From Camelus ferus (taxonomy: Eukaryota), in assembly GCF_009834535.1 (NCBI RefSeq), contig NC_045696.1, forward strand, positions 30,754,001 to 30,818,000: a DNA stretch of 64,000 nt. Reading direction: 5' to 3'. The translations under genes were made by a program, and so were the position numbers. The notes under the pieces were generated by a model. The model was not told the origin of the DNA and made no database searches. It was given only the letters and a program-made list of their open reading frames with translations. This document shows, one piece after another, positions 1-13,429 of the stretch. Positions within the stretch are counted from its first letter, which is position 1. Every line of letters begins with the position of its first letter.

Positions 1-1439
1 TAATTTTAAATTTGAACAAGCTATCAAGAACTACAAAATACAAGGACAGACACAAATCATCAGAGACATGACATTACAAAGTAAATTATTTACATTAGAA
101 GAAACAGTTAATAAACCAATATAAAGGACTTTAATAATTTATATACTAAAGTGAAAAAGAATTAGTTAATAAAGCAATATAAATAAAACTTAATAGTTTA
201 TATACAAAGTAAAAAGAGAAGCCAGGTGGCTGGAGAAAGTTACTCTGGATTAGGTGGGAAAGCATGGAAAGGTAAAGTGAGTGCAGATGATGTAAGAGAT
301 ATAAAGAAAATGGAAATTTATAGCTGCAATTTTTAATTCTGTACAGATAACATGTACATCCCCAGATTCCTCCTGTAGCTCTAAAAGAGTCCATTTTTGT
401 TGTCTGTTACAATGTCATGCCATTTTTTACTCATTGATTCAAAGTCCATGTTGTTTTAAAATATAATAAATAATCTTCTGAACATTAGACTTCTCTAAAA
501 AACAAATCTGCATTTATCAATTAGTGTAAATCTAATGTCTGTTTTATTTCCAACATCCTATTGGTCTTATCTTGACCTGAACACATAGGACAGTTAGGAT
601 AGGGAAGAAAACTACTGAGCTTGTTTTATATCCCCCAAGTCCCACCCCTAGGAAGTCCTGGACCGCTGAAAGGTAGAGCAAATTAGACATCGGGACAAGT
701 GGACAGCAGAGTGTGTTACAGAGCGTATGGAGCACAATTATTTTTCACCCCTCAAATTTTTATACAATTACAGCAGTAGGTAAAACAAGCAATTTAAAAT
801 GGAAGGCAGCCTACTTGATTTTTGGTGTTAATGAAAACTGTGCTAGGTTGTAGAAATAACAGGTTTAAAGTAGCACCAGTATCTTTCAAAACCAGAGACT
901 AAAATCAATGGTTTCATGCATAAGTCCACTTTAAAAATCCTCTATTCATGTCTCCCCAACTGTCTTTAATATGGATTCCCAGGTGTGCTTCTGCTTTACT
1001 TTAGTTACTGCTGATATCATTAAGTTTGTCCTTATTCAAAGATCATTATTGTAATTTGGGTCTCTTACTAGGGCAACTAGAGGCTGTTACCTGTGAGCCT
1101 TTTATTAAATCTTATGCCTTCTTGTACAAGACATCTCACCTTTGTGGTCATAAAATTTTTAAACTTACCAAACTTCTGCCAGTTTCTTCTAGAGTTTTTT
1201 GATCTGTACATCCATTCAAACAGTATCAAAATTACCTTTATTTCTAAGTTTCTTTATTTCTACTTATTTTAAAGCTTGATGCATTTCCTTCATCCTATAC
1301 TATAATTAGACTATAAAGGCTAATTCATTTCTAGATTTCCCGTATGAACTGCCCTCTGTAGCTGCTTCTGACCACTCAAAAGAGTAAGAGAATCTTAATG
1401 ATTATAGAACACAACTCCTAATAATCAGTAAATAATAAC

Positions 1440-1900
1440 CATATGTTAAAAAGAAATATGTCTTCCCTGATTGAGATCAATAATGAGAACTATAGTCATA
1501 TTATTCCATATATCACACCAAGAAAATGAAAAATTTAAAAGCTATATGTGACAAAAATCATTTCAAAAAGTTAGATATTAATATTTACTAATAATTTTAA
1601 TAGACTAGATTGAGGAAATAAAATTACAATGCACATTTTTATAAAACTGCCACACTTTCCTACATTTTAAAATATAAGAGCATACCCATTAAATCAGGTA
1701 TAAAGCAAGGGTACTCATTACTACAACTCTTATTTGGCTTTGTTTTAGAAGTGGTGAACAATAGAAGTAGGCAAGAAAAAAGTTTAAAACGTATACATCT
1801 TAACATGCAGTAATTAAAAAATTTCCCCAGAACAAGTTACTGTCTTTTGAAAATCCTCAATACTGAAAAACTATTTTTTTTATAAAAAACATTCAATAGT
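1440..1900 (+). mobile_element. Old, heavily decayed LINE-1 (L1M/L1ME-like) ORF2 reverse-transcriptase fragment
   Basis: gcatacccattaaatcaggtataaagcaagggtactcattactacaactcttatt...gtaggcaagaaaaa resembles the L1 ORF2 segment encoding [26 protein letters not shown]..RQEKE; no open frame. Confidence 0.65.
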
Positions 1901-2199
1901 CACTGTTTTGTAATCATTTTTGTAATAATCTGTCAACATACAAAAACTGTGTATATATTCTATGAGCTATATTAGTAAGTTAATATAGGTATAAATTAAA
2001 TTTAATGACTATTATCCAGTTCCTCTATTTACTTGGTAATAACTTTGTATATTGGATGTATCTGGTTTAAAATAGCTTCTTAATATGAATTTCTAGCTAG
2101 TTTTGTATGTCCGAGTTCTTTTGCCTTTTAAAAATTCTAGTATATGTTAATTTCTGCTATTAATTTCAAACGTGTGTTTGTTTTCTTATGTTCTGGTTA

Positions 2200-2720
2200 C
2201 TTCAGCATCCATGAAGTTAAAGCTTACAGTCATCCACTTTGACTTTACTGAACTTCTCTTCTTTAACCACCTTTTCCATCCTTCCTTAGTCATTGCCCCT
2301 TATGGTCATCTGCAAATCTGTGTTTATGCCCAACAGCAGTACTCTCAAAAATCTGCCTCAGGTCTTTCTAATGGCCATATTCTAGATTTTTTTTTTTCCT
2401 TCAGTATCTTAACACCATTAATACTTGCACTTTACCAGGACTTAAAACTCAATGATTTGACCACTTTTTCATTCTTTCTCACCCTTTAAATCTCTTGTTT
2501 TATAGCCAACCTACTATAATGTCTCCCATGCATATATCTTTAGCTCCTTTGACTGATTTTTTTTTCCTGGCAGTTTGGCCTTTGGTAAATTCTACAGTTT
2601 GCCTAGTCCACACCTGTATCTCTGCAGCTGACTGTAACTAGAGGAAGGCAGCCCTGCTGGGTAGCTTTCCTTTAAATTCATGACCAGTACCCTTAGGCGT
2701 GTCCTTATTCCTTCAACAGA
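2200..2720 (+). mobile_element. LINE-2 (L2) ORF fragment
   Basis: Pyrimidine-rich segment with L2-like motifs cctttggtaaattctacagtttgcc...gcagctgac...ctttaaattcatgacc. Confidence 0.55.
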
Positions 2721-5700
2721 AAAACCTAGTTATATTTAGAATAACCATGAAATCTGTGAAATCTTAGATGTATTTTCCTGCTGTTTCTCCAGCCTTGTAC
2801 CTTGTTTCTTCATGAATACAATGATTTTCTCTGAGCTCTTGAGCAGATACATGATTCTAATACTATTTGTAAACAAGATTGCACTATTTCATCCTTACAG
2901 GTGCCTTGCTTCACACACTACTTTTCAAGCTCCCACACGTATGTAAACATAGAAAGATTAGATAGCATTACCCTCTCCTCCTCTGTTTCCCTCCTTTATT
3001 GTGTCCTCAGTAAAGTTCTTGGAAGGTTTCCTGTAACCCTTCCTCCTTGACTCCTAAATTTTGCTAAGTTAGTTTTATTTTTACTATGTCCCTTCTATTT
3101 ATATAATTCTGACATATCTTTAAATTCACCCATATCTGTATCTATCTTATAGCTAGATAAAGATGTGCAAATACATGTGTAGCAAAATTCACTTATTACT
3201 ATTCTTGGTTATTTTCTTCATTTAATCTGTGTTTGAAATCTCCTTTTTGAGAACAAATGTATGGCTCAGATCAGGTACTTGGGGTGACAGAAGATCTGAA
3301 TTTTTGTCTATGATGGTTCTATTTCTTCCTATCAGAATAACAGTACATTAGCTAGGCATATGCTTTTTTAAGACAAGTTATTGTATCTTAGAATATAGAA
3401 ATGATTTCCCTTTATTTTGCTTCCCAAGGTTGCAAATGGAAGTCTAATGATAAAAGAAATCTTTTACTTTGCTAAAAAATCTCTAGAAACATGTGATTTA
3501 CTCTTTATATTCAGAGTTCATAAAATCTTAACAGAAATGCCTAGATAGGTCTTTTCTTATCAATCTATCTTGAAACTTAGTCCTTTGGGCGCATAGTCAT
3601 GTCTTTCCTCAGATCAGTGCAATCTTTTTATATTTGTTTAATTTGTATCTGTCTCATAGCTGTTCTGTAAAACCATATGTTCTTGTATTAGTTTTTTTTT
3701 TTTTTTTCTGGTTTCTTTTTTTCCTACACTGGCTTAAAGCATGGCATCAGGATGAACTTCTATAAGAAAATTCTAATTTTACAAGTGACAACATATACCA
3801 TCTCTAAGGGCCCTCCCTGAGGGGAAAAGAGTATGACAATCTGAAAGATTTGCCAGCCGCACTGGTGAGTTCTGACATTGCTGCTTTTGTTGATTCTCAG
3901 CAGTGGGTGACTGTCCCATATTGTCAGATGTTGTGCTTCAGTGAGCACTTACAGTGAGCTGAATGGCTGATACTCTCAGATGATCCCAAACTATAGTGTT
4001 TCTTCTCCTTTCTTGCTGAGGTCCAGACCAATCCACCTATTCACATCCAAAACACATTATTAGAAATAGCCACTATACTTTTGGAACATGGATAGATTCA
4101 AGGATTTGTCACTGGCCACTTGATAGATGAATTATTCGGGGTTTCTTTTTGATAATTTGTTATTTTAAAAATGCATATTATATATACAGTATCTAAATAA
4201 ATAAATGTGCCAAGAAGCTATTCATTTAAACAAATTTCAACCTAATAATATTGGTGTTTTGACGACAATGACATACGACAATGACAGCCTTTACTGCTGA
4301 GGAAACTTCTACATAGGTGTACAATAAATCGAAAAGTCTAAAGAGAATAATATAACACCTGCCACTGCACCTGCATGTTTATAAATAAATATTTCTGATT
4401 TCAGAAAATAAGTCAAATCTGGGTAGGGCCCACCTATGTATTTTTTCAGACCCTCCTGTAACAAGAAGTGAAAGTAATGCAAAATCCTTAGTAGTTATTT
4501 TCATACTTTAAAAAAGTAGTTAACAATCATTGGATAAATTTTCCAAAAAGAAAAATACTCAAATGTCTACTTTTCATTCCATTTAACAGTATGCTTAAAA
4601 AGATAAAGTTAAGAAGTCATGGGGCATGTGTCTTCAAAAGTATCAAACTATTCATTCAAGAAGAAAACTTTCCCCATCTCTACTATTTATGGGCAAAGAA
4701 TGTGGATGATGTTATCATAGACTATCGTACTAAACACTAACAAAGAATTTTTCATAAAATGTCTCACTTAGAGTAGAATAACATACATTATGAAAGACAC
4801 TATAGAAAAAATGAAAATTTCTAATTTCTATTTTAGCAGTATTAGAACTATGAACAGATGTGATTATTTTCAAAGCAGCATTTGCCTTTTAATGAAGTAA
4901 AATATAAGCCATGTTGTAGAAAACTACTGTGGCTAATAAAGTGTCTTATTCATTTTAGGGAGGTTAATATTTAAAGGCATATGATTTTGGCAATTTCAAA
5001 ATTTAATTTCTCAAACTCTTAATGTTTTATACCTAAACTGACCATTGACTGAAAAGGGAAACCTAATCTGAAAATATTTTATTACATTTAATTAAACAAA
5101 TAATTATTTCACTTTAGATTCAGGCTAATAATCAGTTTACCTGGTTTAGTTATATGTTTATCTGAGTCATTCCATTTTACATGTTCTTTGTATATCTATC
5201 TATTGGACCACATAAGTAAGACATTGGTGAGGAGCCCTTATTCATATTTGGGCAGCTGAAATTTTTTTGATATGAAGAATTGTTCTGATTTGGTTCCAGT
5301 CACACTTGATAAACCCTGACATGATTTTCACTATCACCTGTATTGGCTTTACATCAATATTTTAAAGTACACAAACTATTTCCTGTAAAGATATATTGAG
5401 TTCACTTGTAGTAGCCCAGAACTTTTCATAAACATAATGATAAAACAAAGAACATGAAGGTTTAAAGCATATTAAAATTTCTTTTCGGTATCTGAATTAA
5501 TTTACTTCAAATAAATATTTAATCTTCATTAAAAGCTTCATTGCTTCTAGGTGTTTCTGTATTATCATTTATATATGACACAAAAAGACAAAGGCAACCA
5601 GGCATCACTCAGACTATGCTTTTGAGTTTTTAAACTTCTGCTTACATGCGGCATATGACTTTATCAGGAGATCCTATTTAGTGAGCAGTAACGTGAAATA

Positions 5701-6009
5701 AGCAAACTACAGAGTGTCTTTTATAGTTTGGAGACAATCTGAGGTTTCATAAGAACTCTCTTAATGTCTAGTAGTTGTTATAAACATTTCCCTTTGAAAC
5801 TTTTATATCCAAGATGATTGGCATTCATTTGTATGTGTGTGTCTGTGTCTATGCAGGTTTTTAGATATTTCACAAGTTAATGGAGAAATTCTTGCTTATA
5901 ACACCTGTGAAGAACTCTCATGTAAGGCAGCGTCTGTTTTTCACCCCAGAGAAATATATAAAGTGCTTCCTATTTGAGGAAGACCTTACTTTGCTTCAAA
6001 GCAACACTT

Positions 6010-6175
6010 TTGCTTAAAACTGCATAAAGTCACTTGGAAAGCTTCTGAAACCACAGATTGCTTGGTCATACCCTAAGATTCTGATTCCGCAGGTTTGCAG
6101 AGGGCTGAAATTTTACATTTTTAACAAACCAGAATTAATTTTGTTGCTGCTCATCTGAGGAACACACCTGGAGGA
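6010..6175. mobile_element. MER5-type hAT-Charlie DNA transposon relic
   Basis: gtcacttggaaagctt...cagattgcttgg..ccctaagattctgattc..aggtttg...catttttaacaa follows the MER5A motif order. Confidence 0.65.
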
Positions 6176-6574
6176 AGATACAGTACCATCTATAATTGCA
6201 TTGCCTTATTTTTTAGATTTGATACTCATATACATTTCTCTACATTTTGCATAATGCATTAAATTCTAGTTATAGAACCAGGATTATTATTCCTATAAAT
6301 GTTGTAAACTAGGTTGTAGGGTTCTCTGAACTCTTAGCAACTATAGCTCCCTTCAAGATGCTTTGACCTTCCTTGCCCAAGTATATAGCTCGCTTCCCCT
6401 CATGAGAAACAAGCTTGTGGTTGCATAGAAAACATTCTTTTCCATAGGTCGATTTTTATAGCTAAGGATCCTTATCACCTGTCAGAGAATCTTCACCTCC
6501 TCACTCTCTGCCCATTTAATGTCCACAAGATATAAATTTGCTTCGTTGAAATGCCATTTGCTTCGTGTAATGAT

Positions 6575-6780
6575 TGATTATGACCACAAATTCTGAGGTA
6601 GAATGCTGGGATTCACCTCCTAACTCTGCTGCTTATAAACTCAGTGGCCTTGGGTAATTAGCTTTTATGACTCGAGCTTAGACTCTTCCATTCTCAAATG
6701 GTCAGGGAAATAATAGTAGCCATCTCATGTTTTGAACAATACATGCTGCATGGTAAGTATTGTATAAGTATTTGTTAACA
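6575..6780 (+). mobile_element. MIR SINE
   Basis: ctgggattcacctcctaactctgctgcttat...gtggccttgggtaatt...aaatgg..ataatagtagc; MIR core motifs. Confidence 0.65.
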
Positions 6781-9739
6781 TTTTGTAAATCTACTTTTTT
6801 TCCCAGTTTAAGCAAAGGAATCTTGACATGAGAACTAGGTCATGGTTTACAGAGTTTTAGTCTCCATCTATGATTCCATTTGGAAAAAATCCTTTAACTT
6901 AGGACTGTATAAGACAGTAGAAGATTAATGCTGACTTTTTAAGAGCCCCATTATATATTGTGTAATATATAGATTATAACGTACTCTTAAATGCAACCAA
7001 TTCTATAGTATAGTTAATGATTTCTGATATCAATTTGCCATTATTTTAGCTAAGAATTCGATGATCTGTTAAGTAGTTTGACACAGGGAATAGCTCTCGT
7101 CCTCAATAATGCATATTCTTTGCTCAAAGCAATGTGGACTGTGCATGATTATAATTCTCTTTGGGAAGAAGACGACTTGTGTCTCAGCATTCCAATGGCT
7201 GCAGTATCTCTACTTTGAAATATGTGGATGTCACAGTACTTTGAGGAACACTATTATTCCCCCAACATAGAATATATATGTGATTTCTATTCCTTTACTT
7301 AAGCCCCATGTTGTATAGAATATACAAATCTATATAAGTCTACTGCTATAAGTTCACTAGTCTTTTAAAAAATCATCTTGACTTGTAGATATAATTTATC
7401 AAAGTAATGCTTAGAGACATTAGAAACTGATTAATACCAATATAATGACGTTAAATCTTATATATATTAAATTACATCTTTAAAAACGTACTATAAGACA
7501 TAACTATAACACACTTAGTAGGGATATAAAATTTTGAAACTATACTTTCATTTCTAATGTTGTAGCCTTAAGTACAGGATCCATGAGGATGAAGCCCCTC
7601 TCTGATGCTCAGGAGCTGAGGGAGATGTGCTATAGGTGATCTGATCTCAAATCACATGCTTATTAATTTTAAAGGTTAATTTTGTGTTAACCCCCCCCTG
7701 TTTGGATGAGAGGAGTTCTCTACTCCTCTATATTTATCAACTAAATAATCATGGGGACTCACATAGCACTGGCAAATTGGAGCTTTTAGTAGTAACCCGA
7801 CTGTAAGTTATAACTACAATGTGGGAAGAAATGCTTGACCATAAAAATGATTAACATGGGCCCAATATCTAGAGAAACAATAGATTGATATTCCCTAACA
7901 TAATACAATATATGATTCATTTCTGTTTAAAAGTTTTTTTTTAATAAGAAAGTGCTTTATGCAGGTAATGTATAAATCTGGGAAGAATTAAAATACATGT
8001 ATAAATTAATCAATCCTACCAAGAAGCCTTTTTGAAAACCTATGCTGTCCCATTGTTGGCAGACATAACAGAATTTAGTTACTCTGCCTTCCTTTTTGAT
8101 GAAACCAACCACATATTTTTTATCAATATGCTAATGTAAGAACTTTTCCCATGTCCATTAGAAAAAAACACACAATTTGTAATGAAGTGATACTATCAAT
8201 TGTCTTTTGTATCCATAGTATTTATTTTTCTTTGGCTGTGTTGTCCTTTAATATCGGGTTATCAGGTATGTTCATTACACCTTCACTTTAGTCCACATGG
8301 TAAATATTAGATGTTTTCCTGTACATAATGCCATGGTCTACAAGGTAATTTTGTTTGCTGAGCTGATACAATCATTCTACATGCTTTCTTTAATATCCTC
8401 CAAAAGGAGAATGCTAATATAAATTGCTAAAAAAACCCACATCTTTCCCATATTTGATAAATCATAATGAAAAATGAGAAAAAGTAAAGTTTTAAAGTAG
8501 TACACACATTCAATGGATATGGATTCTCTTTGTCATAAAAAAACCAAGTACACATCAAACAAGCTATATTTCAGCATAAGAATGTGTGTTTGATAAGAAT
8601 ACCTTCTAAAGCCCTATTTTAAAACCTCAGAAATGAATATTCAAAAAGCCCTCATAAAATGTAAAATAAAAGAAGTGCAAACACTGAACGTAAGATACAT
8701 ATCATGTAATATTGCTAATTTTTTGCCAAAAACAGTCTGGAAGCCCTTGTGATTTAATATATTTCAGCATTTCTTATATATAAATAATGTTGATATAAAT
8801 GTTAACTCATACATTTTACAATGTTTCAGTTTGGGAAGCTGCTGGAGCATTTTCTTTGAAACAATAAGTTACTTCTGCCTAATTGTTTCAGATTTATTAA
8901 TGTAAATTTGTATTTATGTTATGAAATGTGTAGGCATTAAGTTATATCTATATACTTATCATTGCCTTTGGGGTATTATGGAAATTCATATCTGAATTAC
9001 ATTGTAATAGCTCAGTTTACCTTTGGTGTAAGTTATTAAGCGAGAAAGAGGTAAAGTGAGGCAAGACAAGGTGAAGAGAAAGGATACTCTGGAGTCTAAG
9101 TAAATAACAGACTGGAGGGGTGTGGCTAAAGGTAGAAGCCACATAAAGCAAAAATTGGATAAACTTCTGGTTACAGTGATGGCAAAGGAATGGAAAATTA
9201 GCATTTGAAAATCAATCAAGGAAAAATAGCTATAAACAGAGATTACTACACAATACTTGAAACAATAAGATTAATATATTATTTAAAATAAAGGAAAGCC
9301 ATAATGGTTAAGCACAGTGTTTAAAATAGAGTAGATTATTAATTTTTTAAAGGGATATTTTGGTTGAACAGTTGTTTTGGGGCTAGTTGTACAGTGGCAG
9401 GAGGAAATTGATGTTAGCTTCTGGAGAATTGTTTGATGAGCATATTATTGATTGACTGGTTTTAGAAGGCATTTCACAGGAATGAGTATGATTGGTTTGC
9501 CTTCAAAATTTTGAGCCTGGCATTGATTGGTTGCCTTTTAGATCCACATGTACTGAAGTAAGTATATCACTGATTAGTTAAATTTAGGGATGTCTTCTTT
9601 GACAGATTAAAACTTACTCTAGTGGTTATTTCTTTGGCTATTAAAACAAAACAGCATTTTTCTGGAAATATAATAATATACAAAATGCATTTATAAAAGA
9701 ATAAAAACTCTGGCAAATGAGGAAGATAAGAAACTTTTT

Positions 9740-9900
9740 ACAGGGGATATTAGATTAACAACATACTTAAGAGTGAAATATTGATAATACTTGTCATAAA
9801 ATGGGAATGAGGCAATGATGACTGACAGAGTTACTTCTAGTCAATATTGCACTTTAAACATGTAGGTCCTAAGCCAGTATAATAAATCAAGAAAAAGTAT
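9740..9900 (+). mobile_element. Decayed L1 ORF2 RT fragment
   Basis: acatacttaagagtgaaatattg...tgggaatgaggcaatgatg resembles the ILNGEKL..GTRQGC coding segment. Confidence 0.45.
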
Positions 9901-10009
9901 ATGTGTGTGCACACACATTAAATGAATATGGATTTTCTTTGTCACAAAAAAAAAGTTCATGGAAATGAAGTAAGATATATTTCAGTGTAACAAGAATGTA
10001 TTTATAAAC

Positions 10010-10850
10010 TAGAATTCAAAACTACCACTAAGAAACTAGGTATAACTGACATCTATAGACTAGTATGTTCAGCCAGGAGAACACATGTTCATTTTAAGCT
10101 CACCAGGAACATTCAACAAAATAGACAATGTTCTGTTCCACAAAACATTCTTAACAAATTTAGAAGAATATGAATCATACAATATCTGTTCTCAGGCCAT
10201 CATGGAATGAAAGCATACGCCAATAACAAAAGGATAACTGGAAAAATCTCAAAATACATGGAGATTAAAAACATATTTTTAAATAACACATGGGTCAAAG
10301 AAGAAATCCCAAAAGAAATTAAAATATTTTGAACTAAGTGAAGACACAACTTACCAAAATTTGTGGGATGCTGCAAAAGCAATGCATATAGAGAAAATTA
10401 TAGATTGAATGAATATGTTAGAAAAGAAGAAATGTCTTAATAAAACTAATTTTTCATCTTAGAAAACTAGATAAAAGAGAGTAAATTAAATCCAAATTGA
10501 ACAGAGAAAGAAATAACAAGAATTAGAGAAGTCAATGAAATTAAAAACAGGAATCAATACAGATGTTTGTGAATAAAGCAGGCTCCCTAAAAAGATCAAT
10601 GGAATCAATAAGCCTCTAGCCAAATTGACTATAAAAAAAAAGTACATAAATTATCAAAATAACAGAAAGGAGAAAGGCTACATCAGCACAGATAATATGG
10701 CCATTTAAGGATAATAAAAGATGTCCTATGATAAACTATTTCCAAAATTTGATAACCAAGATGAAATAAACCAATTCCTTGAAAGACAAAATTTACCAAA
10801 ACTCATATGAGAAGAAATAAATACACAATCTGAATAGGTTATTAAATATT
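10010..10850 (+). mobile_element. LINE-1 (L1MC/L1MD-like) ORF2 fragment, end of the endonuclease domain plus linker
   Basis: actgacatctatagac, gaacattcaacaaaatagac, ctcaggccatcatggaatgaaa, caaaatttgtgggatgctgcaaaagca, ccaattccttgaaagacaaaatttaccaaaact in L1 order. Confidence 0.85.
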
Positions 10851-10884
10851 GATTAAGTTTCTTTATTGGATATAGTCCTAAGAC

Positions 10885-13400
10885 AGAAAGCACCAGTCAC
10901 AGATGGGTGGATAAGAAGGCTGAAAGATAGGTGGGTGGATGGGGAGGAAGGGAGAAAGAGAGAGAGAAAGGAAGGAAGGAAGGTAGATAGATGGGTGGGT
11001 GGCTAGACATGCAGATAGATAGGCAGGCAGAAAGACAGACAGATAGTGGGATGAAGAGGGACAGAGGGAGGGAGAGAGAGAAAGGAAGCAAGCAATCAAG
11101 CAAGCTGGGTGAGTGGGTGTCTGGATAGGGAGGTAGCTTCTTGGATGGATCGAAGAGTAGGTGACTGGACGTATGGATAGGTAGGTAAAAAGACAGATAG
11201 CTAGGTTGGTGGGTGGATAGGTAGGGTAGACAGGTAGATAGGTGGGAGATGGGGAGGGAGGGGGAGAGAGAGAAAGATGGACGGGTGGATAGGGAGGGAG
11301 TTTCACAAATGGATGGATCAAAAGGTGGGTGGCTGGACGTACGGATAGGTAGGTAAAAATACATGGGTGAGTGGATAGGTAGGCTGAGAGCTAGCTAGCT
11401 AGATAGGTGGATGGGGAGGGAGGGATGAGGTGGAGAGAGATAGAAAAAGATGGGTGGGTGCATATGGAGATAGGTTTGTAGATGGATGGATCTAAGGGTG
11501 GGTGGCTTGACCAATGCATAGGTAGGTTAAAAGATATATAGATAGGTGGGTGGGTGGATAGGTAGTCTAATAGATATAGGAGGGTGCATGGGGAGGGACA
11601 GAGGCAGAGAGAGAGAGAAGGAATGAAGGAAAGAAGAAAGAAAGGTGGGTGGTTGATAAGGAGGTAGTTTGCAGATGGATGGATTGAAGGGTGGGTGACT
11701 AGACCAACGGATATGTAGATAAAAAGATGGGTGGATGGGAAGTGAGAGAGAGAAAGAGCAACAGAGAAAGCAAGCAAGCATGCACTGGACGAATGGATAG
11801 GTAGGTAAAAAAAAAAAAAAAACAGATAGATGGGGGATGGGGAGGAGTGAAGGGAAGGAGAGGGAGAAAGAAGGGTGGATGGATAGGGAGGTAGGATCAT
11901 AGACTGATGGATTGAAGGGTGGGTGGCTTGACAAATTGATAGGTAGGTAAAAATGGGTGGGTGGCTAGATATGCTGATAGATAGGTATATGAATGGAGAG
12001 GGAGTCTGGGAGAGAGAGAGGAAGGAAGGAAAGTGAGTGGATAAGGAGGAAGGTTCTAGTTGGATGGATCAAAGGGCTTTTGGCTGGACGAATGGATAGG
12101 TAGGCTAAAAGACTGATAGAGAGATGGGTGGATTCAGAGGGAGGAAGAAAGAGGGAAAAGAGAAAGAAAGAAGGTGGGTGGATAGGGAGGTAGTTTCTTG
12201 GATGGATGGGTCAAAAGTTGGGTGGCTGGATAAATATGCTAATAGAAAGAGTGAGAGTGAGAATGAGGGGGGTGGAGAGAGAGAAAGGAAAAAAGATAGA
12301 TTGGTGGGTGGATAGGTAGGTAAAAAGATAGGGTGGTTTGGGAAGCGTGGGTAGAGAGAGAAACAGGGAAAGTGAGAAAGAAAGACTGACAGGTGGGTGG
12401 ATAGGGATGTGGGTTGGTGGATGAATGGAAGGGTGAGTGGCTGGATGAATGAATAGTTAGGCAAAAAAGGTGGATGGGGAAGGAGGGAGAGAGAGAGAAA
12501 CAAAGAAAGATGGGTGGTTGGATAGAAAGGTAGGTTGGTAGATGGATGGCTCAAAGGGTAGGTGGCTAGACCAATGGATAGGTAGGTAAAAAGATGGGTG
12601 GGTGGATAAGTAGGCTGATAGGTGGGGGAATGGGGAGGGATGAAGGGAGAGAGAAAAAAAGATGGATGGGTAAATAGGTATATTCATCAGTGGGTGACTA
12701 TCTTTTTAACTACCTCTCCATTCATCTAGACAGGTGGGTTGGTGGATAGGTAGGCTAAAATATAGATAGATGGGTGTATCAGGTGAGGGACAGAGGGAGG
12801 AAGATGGTTGGATAAGGAGGTAGGTTCATAGATAGGTGGATGAGTGTATGAGGAGGGATGGAGTGAGGGAGAGAGAGAAAGGAAGGAAAAAGAAATATGG
12901 GTGGGTGGCTAGGTATGTTAAAAGACAGAGGTGGGTAGACGGGGAGGAGGGGTGGGGAGAAAGAAAGCAATCAATCAAGATGGGTGGGTGGCTAGATCAA
13001 TGGATAGGTAGGTAAAAAGAAACATACATAGATGGGTGAGTAGCTAGATATGCTAAAATTTAAATACATAGATAGATGGATCGATTTACTGATAGATGGT
13101 TGAATGGGGACAGAGGGTGGAGGAGAGAGAAAGAGAAAGAAAGGAATGAAAGAAGGGAAGTGTGTGATAGGGACGTAGGTTCGTAGGTGCGTGGATCAAA
13201 GGTGAGTGGCTGGACGAATGGTTAGGTAGGTAAAAAGATAGGTGGGTGGGTGGATAGGAAGGCTAAAAGACAGCTAGCTAGATAGGTATGTGGATGGGCT
13301 GGGAGGGAGAGAAAGAAAGGTGGGTGGATAGGGAGGTACGTTCCTCGACGGATGGATTGAAGGGTGGGTGGCTGGATGAATGGATAGGTAGGTAAAAAGG
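10885..13400 (+). repeat. Purine-rich compound minisatellite (~13 diverged units built from GGAT/GGGT/GATA/GA/GGAA blocks)
   Basis: Recurrent core gatggatYRaagggtgggtggctggacgaatggataggtaggtaaaaa at about 11143, 11310, 11481, 11674, 11785, 11905, 12061, 12200, 12420, 12541, 12980, 13190, 13350; very few C on the + strand. Confidence 0.92.
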
Positions 13401-13429
13401 CTTTATAACACAGTTTTAAAAAAACAACT

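Noticed and set aside
652..672. Possible 21-nt micro-exon ag|GAAGTCCTGGACCGCTGAAAG|gtagag (GSPGPLK)
   Set aside because: Mediocre splice signals, too short to evaluate and no supporting neighbouring exons
4262..4287. Tandem duplication of acgacaatgaca
   Set aside because: Ordinary slippage duplication
10878..12970. Cluster of long Pro/Ser/Leu/His-rich ORFs (up to 169 aa) on the - strand
   Set aside because: They overlap in several frames and arise from the C/T-rich strand of the minisatellite, which rarely forms stop codons
10885..13400. Repeat-spacer appearance reminiscent of a CRISPR array
   Set aside because: Repeats are degenerate, spacers are related low-complexity sequence of variable length, there are no cas genes and the context is mammalian
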